From positions 38,998,001 to 39,062,000 of the forward strand of contig OZ024748.1 of NCBI GenBank assembly GCA_964016885.1: 64,000 bases of DNA. The letters are read 5' to 3'. The notes beneath the pieces were generated by a model. It ran no database searches, had not been told where the DNA came from, and was given only the letters and a program-made list of their open reading frames with translations. The stretch comes from Eledone cirrhosa (taxonomy: Eukaryota). Position numbers and translations under genes: made by a program. Shown here in pieces: positions 39,152-52,429 of this stretch; position 1 is the stretch's first letter; each line of letters starts with the position of its first letter.

Positions 39152-41004
39152 ATGGCGGGAAAGATGGCAGACATGTCTGCCATTAGCTCTGCCACGCCCC
39201 CCAAGTCTGAAGAACAAAAAATGGATACAACAAAACTAGACAACGAAACAAACAAGGAAAATGAAAAAACAAATGTTACGGAAAATGAGCAAATGGAAAA
39301 CAAACAAACAGAAAATAAGAATACAAAAAAACAAGGCAACTTTCGCCCAGAAAACAAAAAAATCCATAATATATACACCTATAGACTTAACTGCCGCCAG
39401 AGAAAAACTGGCAGAAGCAAAAAAGCACATAGTCTTGGGGGAGAACGGAATGTTTTCCATTAATCCCCCCCCCCCCCCCCCAGAATTCAAGAAAGCGAGA
39501 ATAGAAAGCACTGTTCTCTTCAGAACAATCCTAAACCAAACGAGAAAGCCAGCACTGCCCAGCCAAATGGAGATAGAGTTGGTCCTAAAAGACTATATGA
39601 AGAATATTCTCTTCATACGAAAGGACCGACTCTATGGTAGCATTTCGGTCTTAACAAAAGACAGGGAAACAGCGCAGAGGCTTTCCCTAAGCCCACTCTC
39701 ATCAACAACATACAGCTTCTATCCCTCCTACATGGGTAGAAGAACACAGAGAGTCAAAATACAAACAATGCTGCCCACAATGAACTTCTGGTGGGCTATT
39801 GCTGGCTTCATAGACATGGGCGAGGACACAGTGCTGTCAATGGGGAAGGCATCTGGAGATGCGTTCCTGGGAATGGGCCTCGATCTACTAGTCCAAATGA
39901 GGCCCGAAAGAATAGCGCAAATCCCGGATCGCATCTGGTTGGATGACCTCACCCCAATATATATAATTGTAGAGGGGAGAAGACCAGCATGCTATTCATG
40001 CACGGAAAGGGGACACGTTAAGGCTAACTGCCCGAATCGTATCCCCCAAAAAGGACTATTGCCCACACCCACCACAAACAGTACACCAACACCACCCACC
40101 TCCAAAAATACACTAATACCACACACAGCAAACCAAATACAGACACCACCAACCACAAGCACAACACAAACATCACCACCACCAGCACCAAACACAAGCA
40201 CGACACAAAAACCACCATCACCAACCACAACACAAACATCACCACCACCATCACCAACCACAAGCACGACACAAACATCACCACCACCACCACAAAATGC
40301 ATTCCAAACAAATAATTTTAAAAAAAAACAGCAACAAATCTACCCCTCCCCTAACTTCTGAAGCAGAAGGAGGAGAAGCCTTCAGACAAGTTAAAAGAAA
40401 AATTTCCCCCAACTTCTGAAGAAGAAGGAGGAGAAGCCTTCAGACAAGTTAAAAGAAAAAAACGAAAGCACACACCCAGCACACCACAAATAACCCACAC
40501 ACAAACACCAACTCCAATCAAAAACACCCCACCCTCGACAAACAAAAATAAATCTGCGCCTCCCCTCTTCGAAACATTGACAGCATCACAAAAAAAGACT
40601 TTGCAATACACATACATAAGTAAAGAAAACAAAAAACTGTTTAAATTAATAAACAATAGCCCTTTGGTGCAGACCGAAGGGCCAAACTTTATCTCAACAG
40701 AGAACTTCACCCATTTAAAAATGATAAAGGTCCCTCTGGACCTTTATCGTTCCTTAAAAGAACAATTTAAACAGGACGTGAGCTCCCCCCCACCTGTTTA
40801 AAACCGTTAAATCGCGTCCTCTTGAAAGATTTCCCCATAACCTCCCCTCTCCCTGACACAACTCCAAATACCCCAACCCCACCACACTCGGATACCCCCA
40901 CACTACCACAAAAATCCCTCCACCCAACACACCCGACGCCATGGAAATTACACAACCCGGAGAGGTAGGTGCTTTTCTTTCTTCACTTTCAACACCAAAA
41001 TAGA
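39152..41004 (+). pseudogene. Tx1 ORF1, frameshifted
   Basis: CYSCTERGHVKANC zinc knuckle in 39261-40361; Pro/Thr-rich tail; pieces in several frames. Confidence 0.8.
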
Positions 41005-41008
41005 TCAA

Positions 41009-44000
41009 TTGAGAGTTGGCTGTTTGAATGCGCGTGGCCTGGGCTCAGCTTGGAAGCAAGCAAAGCTTCTAAGTGACCTCAGGTCACGAAGTATAGATGT
41101 GATGGTTGTTTGCGAGAGTCGGATCAGCAGCGTGCGACAGCTGGCTTCCGCCTTCGATGACTTTGAGATGCACGCATCTCTCTGTCAACCCGGAGGCGGG
41201 GGTGGGGTTGCCGTACTGCTGGATAAACGTCTGGCTCTCGACGTACAGATTGTTCACTCGGACCCAGGGGGTCGATTACTGGTGCTGGACGTCGGAGGCG
41301 GTGAAGGCGGGGCTTTCAGACTGGTCGGTCTTTATGCCCCCTTCGGGGCTGAAAGAGCCGACTTCTTCCAGCGTCTGGAGACTTTTCTAGGAACGTCGCG
41401 TTCCCTGCTTTTTGTGGGGGACTGGAATGGAATCCTAGATGCGCGTGAGGACTATGCAGGGGCATGTCCCGATAGAGGGGGGGTGTAGCAGCCTCAAGGA
41501 GTTACTCGATCGATTCGACCTGGTCGATAGATTTCGACTAGATTTTCCAACTGTGCCAACCTGGACCTGGGCAAACCGTAGTGGTCAATCTAGATCGTAC
41601 CTAGATAGGTTTTTGGTTAGGAGTAAGGATAGGGACGTATTTAGTTGTCCAGAATTGCTCATGGTTGGCTATTCAGATCACAAATTAGTGACCTGCGTGG
41701 TCAACCTTCATAGAACGCATAGACAGGGTCCCGGTTCTGGAAGATGAACTTGTCCTTGCCGACAAAGGAAGCTTACAGGAACCGGATTAGTAGCTTAGTT
41801 AAGATGAGGTTGACGGGAGCGATCGTCAACAGCAGGTGGTGGGTATCTCTAAAGAGAGAGATTAGAGTAAGTTCGATAGGTTACAGTAAGGAACTAGCGG
41901 CGAATAGAAATAGGAGGGAAAGGGAGTTAACAGATAAACTAGAAGAGGCGATTAGGAGCGGAGACGTGGCCAGAGTGTTAGCGACGAGAACGGCATTGAG
42001 CCAGTTCTTTGACGCGAAGCACGAAGGCTGCGTTGTCCGAAGTAAAATACGTGCTTTAGGAAACGAGGGGACCAAAGCTGTTAGCTGGGCCCGCGTGACA
42101 GAAGCCAAGAGTGGGATTAAATCCACCATTCGGTCTTTGCGAGACCAGGATGGACGAGTGATCCTTGAACCTGAGCGGATGTGAGAGGCCTTTCAAAGGC
42201 ACTTTGCTCGACTGTTCGGAGGGGGCGGGGGGCCGGACGCGGATGTGGACTTCGGTCCATACCTCGACGGTCTACCGCGTCTTTCGAGCGGCGAAGCGGA
42301 GTGCTGCGAAAGGCCAATCACAGCCACTGAAATCGGGGAAGCGCTCAGCCAATGCAGCAGACGCAAATCTCCGGGTCTCGATGGTCTACCATACGAACTT
42401 TATTTAGCTATGCCGGTCTTGTTCTCCGAACTCCTCGAGGCTGTCTATTGCAACTGGCAACAGAACGGGAGAATTCCCTGTTTTGTGACCAAGGGTGTAG
42501 TCACGCTAGTGAGAAAGGACGAGAGCAAGGGGGACGACTTAAGTAACTTTAGGCCCATAACTCTGCTGAATGCAGAGTTACAGATTTTGGCCAAGGTGTT
42601 GGCGAAGAGGTTGGCGCTTGTGGTGGGTGGTTTGGTTGGAGACGCGCAGACATGCGCTATCCCGTCCAGGTCCATTCACGACAACCTCCAACTCATGCGA
42701 TACATCGTAGAGAGGGTTGGGAACGAACCCGGCTTTGGTGGGGCCCTGATCAACTTGGATCAATCTAAGGCGTTCGATAGGGTCGACCATGGTTACCTGG
42801 ATGCGGTGCTAGCGGCGGCGGGCTTCGGACCCATTTTCAGGGGCTGGATTTTTGCCATGCACAGTGGCAACGTCTACTCTAGGATTAAAGTAAACGGATA
42901 CCTCTCGGAGCCGTTTCATATCAACCGGTCCATCAGACAGGGGTGCCCACTCTCCTCCCTTCTGTACGTATTGACTCTCGAGCTACTGCTGCGGAAGCTG
43001 GAGTTGCTGCGAGGCATACCCCTGGAACCGGGATTGCACAAAGCGGTCTCGGCCTATGCCGACGACGTAACAGTAATGGTGGCGGACGCCTCGGAAATCG
43101 GGGCGATCGCCACCCTACTGGAGGAATACGAAAGGCTGACGGGGGCTAGGCTGAACCGGGACAAGTCAGTCGGTTTGCAACTCGGAACGTGGAGGGGCAA
43201 ACCGATGCCGTTAGACGGTGTCGTCGGGCGGTGGACGGAGGGCCCGGTGAAGCTGCTCGGGGTCTGGTTCGGACCGGACCTCCAGGTGGAGAAGAATTGG
43301 GGCGAGGTGACGAGCAGGGTGTTTGCACTCACCCAGAAGTGGGCCAAGTGCAAACTATCACTGAAAGGTCGGGCGGAGGTGAAGAACGCTTACATAGCGT
43401 CCGTCATCTACTACCGCCTGACCGTCGTGCCTTGCCCCAAGGAAACGCTCACCATCATGGAGCGCATGCTCTTCCAGTTCCTCTGGAAGAAGCGGCCTCC
43501 CATGGTGAGGAGATCCATCTGCTGCCAGCACCCTTCGAAAGGAGGGCTGGGTATGCCGTGGCTGTTGATGCGTAGGCAAGCATTGAGGCTACGGCATCTA
43601 CAGGTATTCCTCACCGGTCAGCCGGTGTGGGCCCCGTTTGTGAGGCGAGCCTTCCCACAGCTCGTCTCGCTCACCGAGCTGCAATCCTGGGTGAAGCAAA
43701 GACCGAGAAAACTGGGCAACTGGCACACCGAGTGTGCCCAGGCGCTCACGGTTCTCTGGCAAGCGGACCCGACTATCAGTGGAGAATCCACTTCGACATT
43801 CTATAGAGGGCTGGTGGCTAGCAGGGGCGACGACACCCTTGGAGAGTCGCTAGGCATGGAGGAGGACGAACTGGCCAGCCTGTTCGGTAGAACTTTCGGC
43901 CCGGGACCCATGGACAACTTCCAGAGGTCCCTAGCCTGGCAGTGCTACCGGGGAGCTCTGACCGTTCGAGAAAAGCTCTACAGACACGGGCGCCCGGGCA

Positions 44001-44437
44001 GGGATCCTTCGAAAAAGATCTGTCCCAGATGCGTGCGCGACGAGGAAACCGTTGCGCACGCACTGGTACACTGCCTGGGCGTTGCCGATCTGTGGGGCTA
44101 CGTCGAACGACTGCTGTCGCGTGTGGGGCCGATTCGATTGACCGCCGAGTCTGTGGTGAACATCAAGCCGCCTCCTCCCTTCAGAAAGGAAGCAGAAGCG
44201 GTCTTTCTGTGCGTAATAGCCATGATGAAAGAGGTTGTGTGGTGGACGCGCCTGAAAGGTCTGAGGTCGGGTGACTTTCTTTCCGGCCAACACCTGGTTT
44301 ACTTCTTCTGATACCACTTCGGAAGAAGGATCAGGATGGAGAGAGAAGGGCTTGGCCCCAGACAGTTTTATGAAAGGTGGGTGAAAGAAGCGAGAATGGC
44401 TCGTGTAAATGGGCCTTCTCTCTACATTGTTCTGTAG
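41009..44437 (+). pseudogene. Tx1 ORF2 (APE + RT), several frameshifts/stops
   Basis: GCLNARG, VGDWNG, YLDRF, YSDHK; SPGLDGL, FRPITLLN, KAFDRVDH, RQGCPLS, AYADDVT, CPRC..ETVAH. Confidence 0.92.
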
Positions 44438-44714
44438 GTGAAGAAGTGAAGAGGAAAGGGGGAGCGCCTCCTCTCTGGGCTTCCCCCGCGAAAAGGGTTG
44501 CACACTTTTCGGGGGTATGTGCAATCCCCAACACGCCCCCTCCCTTTTGATCACTTTTTATTATTATATTATTCTTATTATGTCTTTTTCTTTACTCGCA
44601 TTTATGTAAACTCCCCCCTGTGTATTTGTCCCTTTCTCTTGTGCCCTAGTGGCAAATAAATATATCTATCTATGTATTTGTCTGTCTGTCTCTATGTATG
44701 TCTATCTAACTATC

Positions 44715-45413
44715 TCCTCCATTCTGTACGACCTGACTCTAGAGCCACTACTGCGGAAGTTGGAGCTGCTGCAGGGCATCCCGTTGGAGCCGGGACTGCG
44801 GAAAACGGTGACGCCTAATGCCGACGACTTAACAGTAATGGTGTCGGAAACCTCGGAAATCGGGGCGATCAGCAACCTACTACCGGAATACGAAAGGCTC
44901 ACAGGAGCAAAACTGAATCCGGACAAGCCTGTCGGTTTAAACGTAGAGAGGCAAACCGATGCCATCCGACAGCGTCGTCGGACGCTGGACGGACGGACCG
45001 GTGAAATTGCTCGGGGTCTGGTTCGGTCCGGACCTCCAGGTGGAGAAAAACTGGAACGAGGTCGCGGCCAAGGAATTTGCGCTCACCCAGAAATGGGCAG
45101 AGTGCAAACTATCCTTGAAAGGTCGAGCGGAGGTGGCAAACACTTTCATAGCGTCCGTCATCTACTACCGCTTAACCGTCGTGCCTTATCCCCGTGAATA
45201 CCTCACCAAGATGGAACGCATGCTCTTCCAGTTCCTGTGGAAGAAGCAGGCTCCACTGGTGAGGAGATCTGTCTGCTGTCAACACCCTTCCAACGGAGGG
45301 CTAGGCATGCCGTGGCTGATGAAGCACAAGCATGCGCTGAGGCTACGGCATCTACAGGTATTCCTGACCAACCCCCAACTGGTGTGGGCACCGTTTGTGA
45401 GACAGGCGTTCCT
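44715..45413 (+). mobile_element. Internal Tx1 RT fragment (copy E), cut off by a retrozyme family 2 piece
   Basis: LEPLLRKLE..NADDLTV..WAPFVRQAF then abrupt switch. Confidence 0.85.
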
Positions 45414-45451
45414 CATACTTTCAGACGTTCAATCATCTGGCAGGAAGGGAT

Positions 45452-45494
45452 ACGATGCTGACGATAGCTAATAAGCTTGAAACTAGTACAGCGT
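45452..45494 (+). ncRNA. Type I hammerhead, retrozyme family 2
   Basis: ACGATG-CTGACGA-tAGCTaataAGCTt-GAAA-C ta GTA-CAGCGT (one stem I mismatch). Confidence 0.75.
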
Positions 45495-45776
45495 TCCTTT
45501 GTCAGTATTGAACAAACGAGCAACGATGGTTGCTAGACACTACGGCTTAATACGGGATGTTTGTTTACAAACACACCGAGCATTATAATAAATGTTCGGT
45601 GAATCCATACGTACATATATATATGTGTGCATGTATGTATATATATACACATACTACTGTACGTCTGTATACATATATACGTATACATATGTACGTATAC
45701 ATATATACGTATACATATGTACGTATGCATACTTATATATATATATATACATATATATATATTTATATATATATAT

Positions 45777-45889
<113 letters not shown>

Positions 45890-45953
45890 TATGTATACGT
45901 ACAAACATATATGTATACAGACGTACAGTACTATGTATATATATATATATATA

Positions 45954-46790
45954 TATTAGAAAGATCGAGTATCGAAAAATCGGCGCACGAGTTCACGATA
46001 AACGAAATTCGATATGAGCGGCAGAGGGCTCAATAATTCAGATGAATCAGAGCTATAACTATCGTTAAAATACCGTCACATATAGAACAAGTCTACAATC
46101 AACCATACGATTTAAAATCGATAGAGGAAGATTCGGGCCAAACAGATAAAAAATATCAATAAAACAATACGTCAATAATTTAAATGAATGTAAAATCATA
46201 CCCGGACCCACTAGACAGGTGTTAAATCTAGCTTCATGGGTTTCTGTAAATCCTTAGACTGTACTCTATCAGCTCACATATAAATATAAAAGCCTACTAG
46301 AGTAAGTGGAACGGAGGTTTACTTTATCAACGAGTTTTTTCCTGGCGGCAGAGGAGCCAACTACCAGTGAAAAACGCACATGGCATTAGACAAGGGAGAT
46401 GACCCCTATATCCGCGAAAACAATTCGAGTGAATGTGGAAATACACATATCGAATTAGAGTGCTCAATAGACATGTTAAAATAAAACAAAAGCTATTCAT
46501 CACTCAATAGAATCGACAAAAAATGAGCAATAAAATTAACTGGTGGATAGCTATGTCCAGAGCTAAATATATTAGAAAGATCGAGTATCGAAAAATCGGC
46601 GCACGAGTTCACGATAAACGAAATTCGATATGAGCGGCAGAGGGCTCAATAATTCAGATGAATCAGAGCTATAACTATCGTTAAAATACCGTCACATATA
46701 GAACAAGTCTACAATCAACCATACGATTTAAAATCGATAGAGGAAGATTCGGGCCAAACAGATAAAAAATATCAATAAAACAATACGTCA
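45954..46790. repeat. Partial tandem repeat, period ~614 bp (~220 bp duplicated)
   Basis: 45954-46173 recurs at ~46568-46790. Confidence 0.9.
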
Positions 46791-46879
46791 TACAGCTGTT
46801 ACTTAAATATAAGTATGTATACGTACATACATATATGTATACAGACGTGTATATATATATAGTAATAATAATAAATTTG

Positions 46880-47847
46880 AGGCACTCAATACCTGCCAAC
46901 CCAACGCCGTCGCCTTCTACTCCAGATACGTTGATGATATCCTGATACTTACTTCTTCCCGGGAGATGGCGAATGAAATTCACCAAATCTTCAACGATAC
47001 TGACCATCACGTCGATTTCACCATCGAACACCCAGGAGAAGACGGGTCACTCGCCCTCCTCGACTTCCGTATCAACATCTCGGAAGAAGGAGACATAAAC
47101 ACCACCTTCTACCGCAAAGCAGCGTGCAAGGACTTATTTGTGCATTATAACTCAGCCCTCCCCAACAACGCTAAGAGAGGCTATGTCCTAAATGAACTGA
47201 CATGGATCACTAACAGATGCAGCGACCCGATGGGTGGTCTCACCCATACCACGCAATTCCGTAATCTACTCAGATCTAATGGTTATCCCAAGCGACTGAT
47301 TAACGGAATTAGAGACCCCAGACCCAATAGACAGACACCCACTAGAAAATTAAATAATAGCAGGTGCTTCTTTAAAATCCCCCACCTGAGTGAATATACC
47401 ACGAACGCCATCCGCAGGGCCATACGGACGGAGGGACTTGACATACATTTGGCCCACACAGGACCTTCGCTGCGAAGATGCCTCTCCAACAAACCCGACG
47501 AGTCAGATGGGACGTGTTCCCTCAGCAACTGCCCGATACGGGGGGCAGATTGCCTACGCACCTATGTCGTATATAAGATTCAATGCGATAAATGTAACAA
47601 GTTTTACATAGGTAGCACCATCCGACCCCTACATGTTCGTATCAAGGAACATATCAACACCAACGCATCTTCCTTCCGTAAACACATCCTTAAATGCGGA
47701 AACCCACAGGGTAGACCCTTGGTCACAGTCCTAGCGACTGAACGCAGCATCGGATCCTTAAGGATAAAGGAAGCACTTGTTATTAAGAACCTCAGACCCC
47801 CACTTAACAACCGGGCTGAGAGAAATGAGCTGACATGGCTAACTTAA
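46880..47847 (+). CDS. Penelope-like RT (C-terminal part) + GIY-YIG endonuclease, 5'-truncated open frame
   Basis: YSRYVDDIL, LALLDFRI, FYRK, SNGYP; VVYKIQCDKCNKFYIGSTIRPLHVRIKEH; EALVI..P.LN. Confidence 0.85.
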
Positions 47848-48450
47848 CCATAGTGACCATTCACAGCCTACGGCCTGCTATCTTCACACACACGCACGTA
47901 TATGCATACCCATACGCATACACACACACATCTATATTTATACACGCACACATGTTTTTACAACCTACCACCTTTCACACCCTTTGATTTCCAGCTTCTA
48001 CAGCCCACTATCTTTCACACACAAACGCACTCACACATATACACACACAGTTACACACACATGTATACCCATACGCTTACACACACACATCTATATTTAT
48101 ACACGCACACATGTTTTACAACCTACCACCTTTCACACCCTTTGATTTCCAGCTTCTACAGCCCACTATCTTTCACACACACACACACTCACACATATAC
48201 ACACTTACACTTATACACACACAGTTACACACACATATATATTTACACACACATATCTTACGGCTTTCACACGCTAGCGCACCCTCTTGATTTAACCCAT
48301 TTGGTCAGTAGCTTTTGCCACAGCCTATCACGCGCACGCGCATTCTTTCCCTCGTTTAAATTTTAAATAATTTTCTCCCCATAACGGCATTCCTGTCTTA
48401 ACGACATCACAACTTTCTCCGCTTGGCCTGTTCCCCCCCTTTTGGAACTT

Positions 48451-48486
48451 TCCCCCGTTGATGGGCGTGAGCCCGAAATATTGGGA
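48451..48486 (+). ncRNA. Degenerate minimal hammerhead in PLE 3' UTR
   Basis: TCCC-CCGTTGA-t-GGGC gtga GCCC-GAAA-TATT-GGGA; core differs from CUGANGA at 2 positions. Confidence 0.45.
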
Positions 48487-48677
48487 TTAAATCTCTACTA
48501 CGGTAACCCTTCTACCTTTGTTTTGTTTTCATCTTTGTCTCTCTCAATTTTCACTTTCACCTGTTTTTCCTATCTATCTTTCACTTCCTACCTCGAGATT
48601 TCCCTCTGCATTGTTGTGGCTTTCTTAAATACGTATTTTACACATTTCACAATGCTTCAAGCAAACTTTAACACCCT

Positions 48678-48747
<70 letters not shown>

Positions 48748-48978
48748 GAATAAATAAAATCATTATTAAAAGATTCATCATTGAAATGGTGAATTTTTTA
48801 ATATAAGGAACTGTTTCTTTGTTTTTATTCATTGTTTTTATTAATTTATCTTGACTCTGTTTTCCTGGGATTTTCATCGAAAAGATGTTTGAATATATCT
48901 TCTCTTTTCATGATATTTGGATTACATTGAGTTCTTCATACGGATTGGACACTACCGTATATTTTGCTAGATTTATCT

Positions 48979-49010
<32 letters not shown>

Positions 49011-49086
49011 CTAAGGAAATATGGTAAGGTACCAGATGGACCATAACGCACTAAAGTACTCAATACTTAGGGTTGTAGAGTGGGTA

Positions 49087-49206
49087 ATAGGAACGAGTAG
49101 GACCCCGACGGCTGAGCTCAAGCCGTTTCAACGGCTAATTCTGGACTCCAGAATTAGCCGTCGAAACGGCTTGAGCTCAGCCGTCGGGGTCCTACTCGTT
49201 CCTATA
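49087..49206. repeat. ~60-bp-arm palindrome at the end of a ~200-bp element (49010-49206)
   Basis: Arms pair almost perfectly around GGACTCC; second copy at 63450-63645. Confidence 0.9.
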
Positions 49207-49403
49207 TATATATACAGTTGAAAATTGCAAACTTGACTGCCACCACACAATATGAACCTCGAGATTGCGAAAGCATGAAAGTACTTGTTCAATTAACACT
49301 TAACATTTAATATTCTATCATACTATTTCATTCTAATACCATTATAAATTTTAAAGGATTGTAAATAAAACGAGTAAATCAGACAAAGTTGGAATTCCTT
49401 TTA

Positions 49404-49532
<129 letters not shown>

Positions 49533-49601
49533 ATATATATGTATATATATATATATATATAAGAGGGTATTGAAGTTTGCTTGAAGCATTGTGGAACAAT
49601 A

Positions 49602-49850
49602 AGTAAATATCTATAGGTCGTTTGGAAGCCTCGACAATGCAGATGGGTAAATCTCCGGGTAACAAGGTCGGGTGGTGGAGAGAGAGATGTAAGTGGGTGT
49701 ACGTTGAGATGCGTGGTGTGTATAACATGTTATACACACCACGCATCTCAACGTACACCCACTTACATCTCTCTCTCCCCCACCGGACCTTGTTACCCGG
49801 AGATTTACCCATCTGCATTGTCGAGGCTTCCAAACGACCTATAGATATTT
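49602..49850. repeat. Spacer-less ~250-bp palindrome, PLE-related 3' end
   Basis: Centre TATAACATGTTATA (~49727); adjacent 49560-49592 is the reverse complement of the PLE terminus at 48648-48680. Confidence 0.9.
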
Positions 49851-49929
49851 ACACATATATTATATATATATATTTCGTTTCTGAATTTGTTTAGCAAGAT
49901 TCTTTATCTGTAATCGTGTGTTGAAACCG

Positions 49930-51093
49930 ATATTGTTATACTTTGGGAGGGTCATGTTGCCAATAAGAAACACACGCACCAGTTGCTTTCACTTCAATTT
50001 ATTATATATTTATAAATTTATAAATTTATAAATTTCTGGTTGGTTGGTTCCACAACCAGATAGTTGTTTATATATAGTCATAGTTCTTTCGTCACACACT
50101 CTGTGACCTCTTCAGTGACTGGGGATTCCTTTCTTTGTTTCTGTGCCTCTCCTTTGTTCTGTCCTACGCCATTTTGTTTCTGTGTGTGTGTTGTGTGCTC
50201 AATCTGGTGAATTAGCTTACAAATTTAGAAGGGCCCTAAATAAACATAAACTCAATATTAAGATAGTAGAAAGACCAGGTACCTCCGTAAAAACACTTAT
50301 TAGCAAGACATACCCTTTTCAAAGACCCTCATGTATAGATAAGAAATGTATAACCTGTAAAATAAGCCCCCATATTAACTGTAAAACTAGAAATGTAGTG
50401 TATAGCATAAGATGTACTGAAGGACAATGTAGAGACAAAAATATAATGTACATAGGTGAGACAGCTCGTAGTGTAGGGAACGGATAAATGAACACTGGCG
50501 AGACCTTCAAGATAATAAAGAATCATCTGTACTCTACCAACATGCTAAGATAGAACACAAGGGTAAATTAGAGAACATAGAAATAAAAATACAATCTACA
50601 CACAGAAAAGACGCAATGTTTAGACAAATTACAGAGGCAATAAACATAAAAGAATTACAACCAAAATTAAATAGAAAATATGAGTGGAACAGCAACATCA
50701 CAACTTACAATTAAGGACAAAATGAAAACACACACACACATAGAACAAACAACCAACCAGTAACATGTAAATAAATAAATAAATAAATGAACATAAACAC
50801 ACACAGACACCCGGATGTGGCGCATGCGCAGACTGAGCACACAACACACACACAGAAACAAAATGGCGTAGGACAGAACAAAGGAGAGGCACAGAAACAA
50901 AGAAAGGAATCCCCAGTCACTGAAGAGGTCACAGAGTGTGTGACGAAAGAACTATGACTATATATAAACAACTATCTGGTTGTGGAACCAACCAACCAAC
51001 CAGAAATTTATAAATTTATAAATATATAATAAATTGAAGTGGAAGCAACTGGTGCGTGTGTTTCTTATTGGCAACGTGACCCTCCCAAAGTAT

Positions 51094-51100
<7 letters not shown>
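49930..51100 (+). mobile_element. Penelope-like fragment (GIY-YIG) with inverted 3'-end copy at its 5' side
   Basis: CKTRNVVYSIRC..MYIGETARS at 50200-50690; 49930-50201 is the reverse complement of 50833-51100. Confidence 0.88.
50915..50959 (+). ncRNA. Minimal type I hammerhead of the PLE (inverted copy at 50076-50120, minus)
   Basis: AGTCA-CTGAAGA-g-GTCAC agagtgt GTGAC-GAAA-G aa CTA-TGACT. Confidence 0.8.
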
Positions 51101-51162
<62 letters not shown>

Positions 51163-51166
<4 letters not shown>

Positions 51167-52243
51167 TTGAAAAAAATGAAAACGAAATTTCATTTCTCAC
51201 TCTTAGTATGGCACTTACTTAAATGTAAGTATGTATGTATACGTACATACATATATGTATACAGACGTACAGTAGCATGCATATATATATACATATATAC
51301 ACATATATATATATACATACATATATACATATATATACATATATGCACACAGGTACACATACATATATGCACGCATCAGTTTAGCCGACGTTTATTATAA
51401 CGCAGCTTTGTTCGTTTGTTTGTCAACAAAGCGAACAGCCTGAATTTATGCCATACGGTGTTAAGGCAACCACGTCACCTTTTGTTCAACACTGACACAG
51501 GAACGATGTACTAGTTTCAAGCTTGTTAGCTATCATCAGCACCGTTTACCCATCTGCCAGATAGTTGAACGTTCGAAAGTATATACTTTCCTTATGAAAA
51601 TTAACGGCTGAGCAGCCTAATTTGCATATTGAGTGAGTTAAATCGGTCAGGCATACCGAAAACGATAAGTTGAAAAAAATGAAAACGAAATTTCATTTCT
51701 CACTCTTAGTATGGCACTTACTTAAATGTAAGTATGTATGTATACGTACATACATATATGTATACAGACGTACAGTAGCATGCATATATATATACATATA
51801 TACACATATATATATATACATACATATATACATATATATACATATATGCACACAGGTACACATACATATATGCAAGGAAAGTATATACTTTCGAACGTTC
51901 AACTATCTGGCAGATGGGTAAACGGTGCTGATGATAGCTAACAAGCTTGAAACTAGTACATCGTTCCTGTGTCAGTGTTGAACAAAAAGGTGACGTGGTT
52001 GCCTTAACACCGTATGGCATAAATTCAGGCTGTTCGCTTTGTTGACAAACAAACGAACAAAGCTGCGTTATAATAAACGTCGGCTAAACTGATGCGTGCA
52101 TATATGTATGTGTACCTGTGTGCATATATGTATATATATGTATATATGTATGTATATATATATATGTGTATATATGTATATATATATGCATGCTACTGTA
52201 CGTCTGTATACATATATGTATGTACGTATACATACATACTTAC
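51163..52243. mobile_element. Retrozyme family 2, 503-bp period, head-to-head inverted
   Basis: 51167 repeats at 51670; inversion near 51873; HHRs at 51502-51546 (-) and 51921-51965 (+); (TA)n on both sides. Confidence 0.85.
51921..51965 (+). ncRNA. Type I hammerhead, family 2 (mirror copy 51502-51546, minus)
   Basis: AACGGTG-CTGATGA-tAGCTaacaAGCTt-GAAA-C ta GTA-CATCGTT. Confidence 0.8.

Positions 52244-52429
<186 letters not shown>

Larger units (their letters stand above)
38951..44660 (+). mobile_element. Near full-length Tx1/L1-clade retrotransposon (copy B)
   Basis: ORF1 + ORF2, 3' AATAAA, (TATC)n at both ends. Confidence 0.92.
46880..48680 (+). mobile_element. 5'-truncated Penelope-like element with long 3' UTR ending in (TA)n
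   Basis: RT C-terminus + GIY-YIG; ~160-bp duplication in the UTR; degenerate HHR near 48451. Confidence 0.88.
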
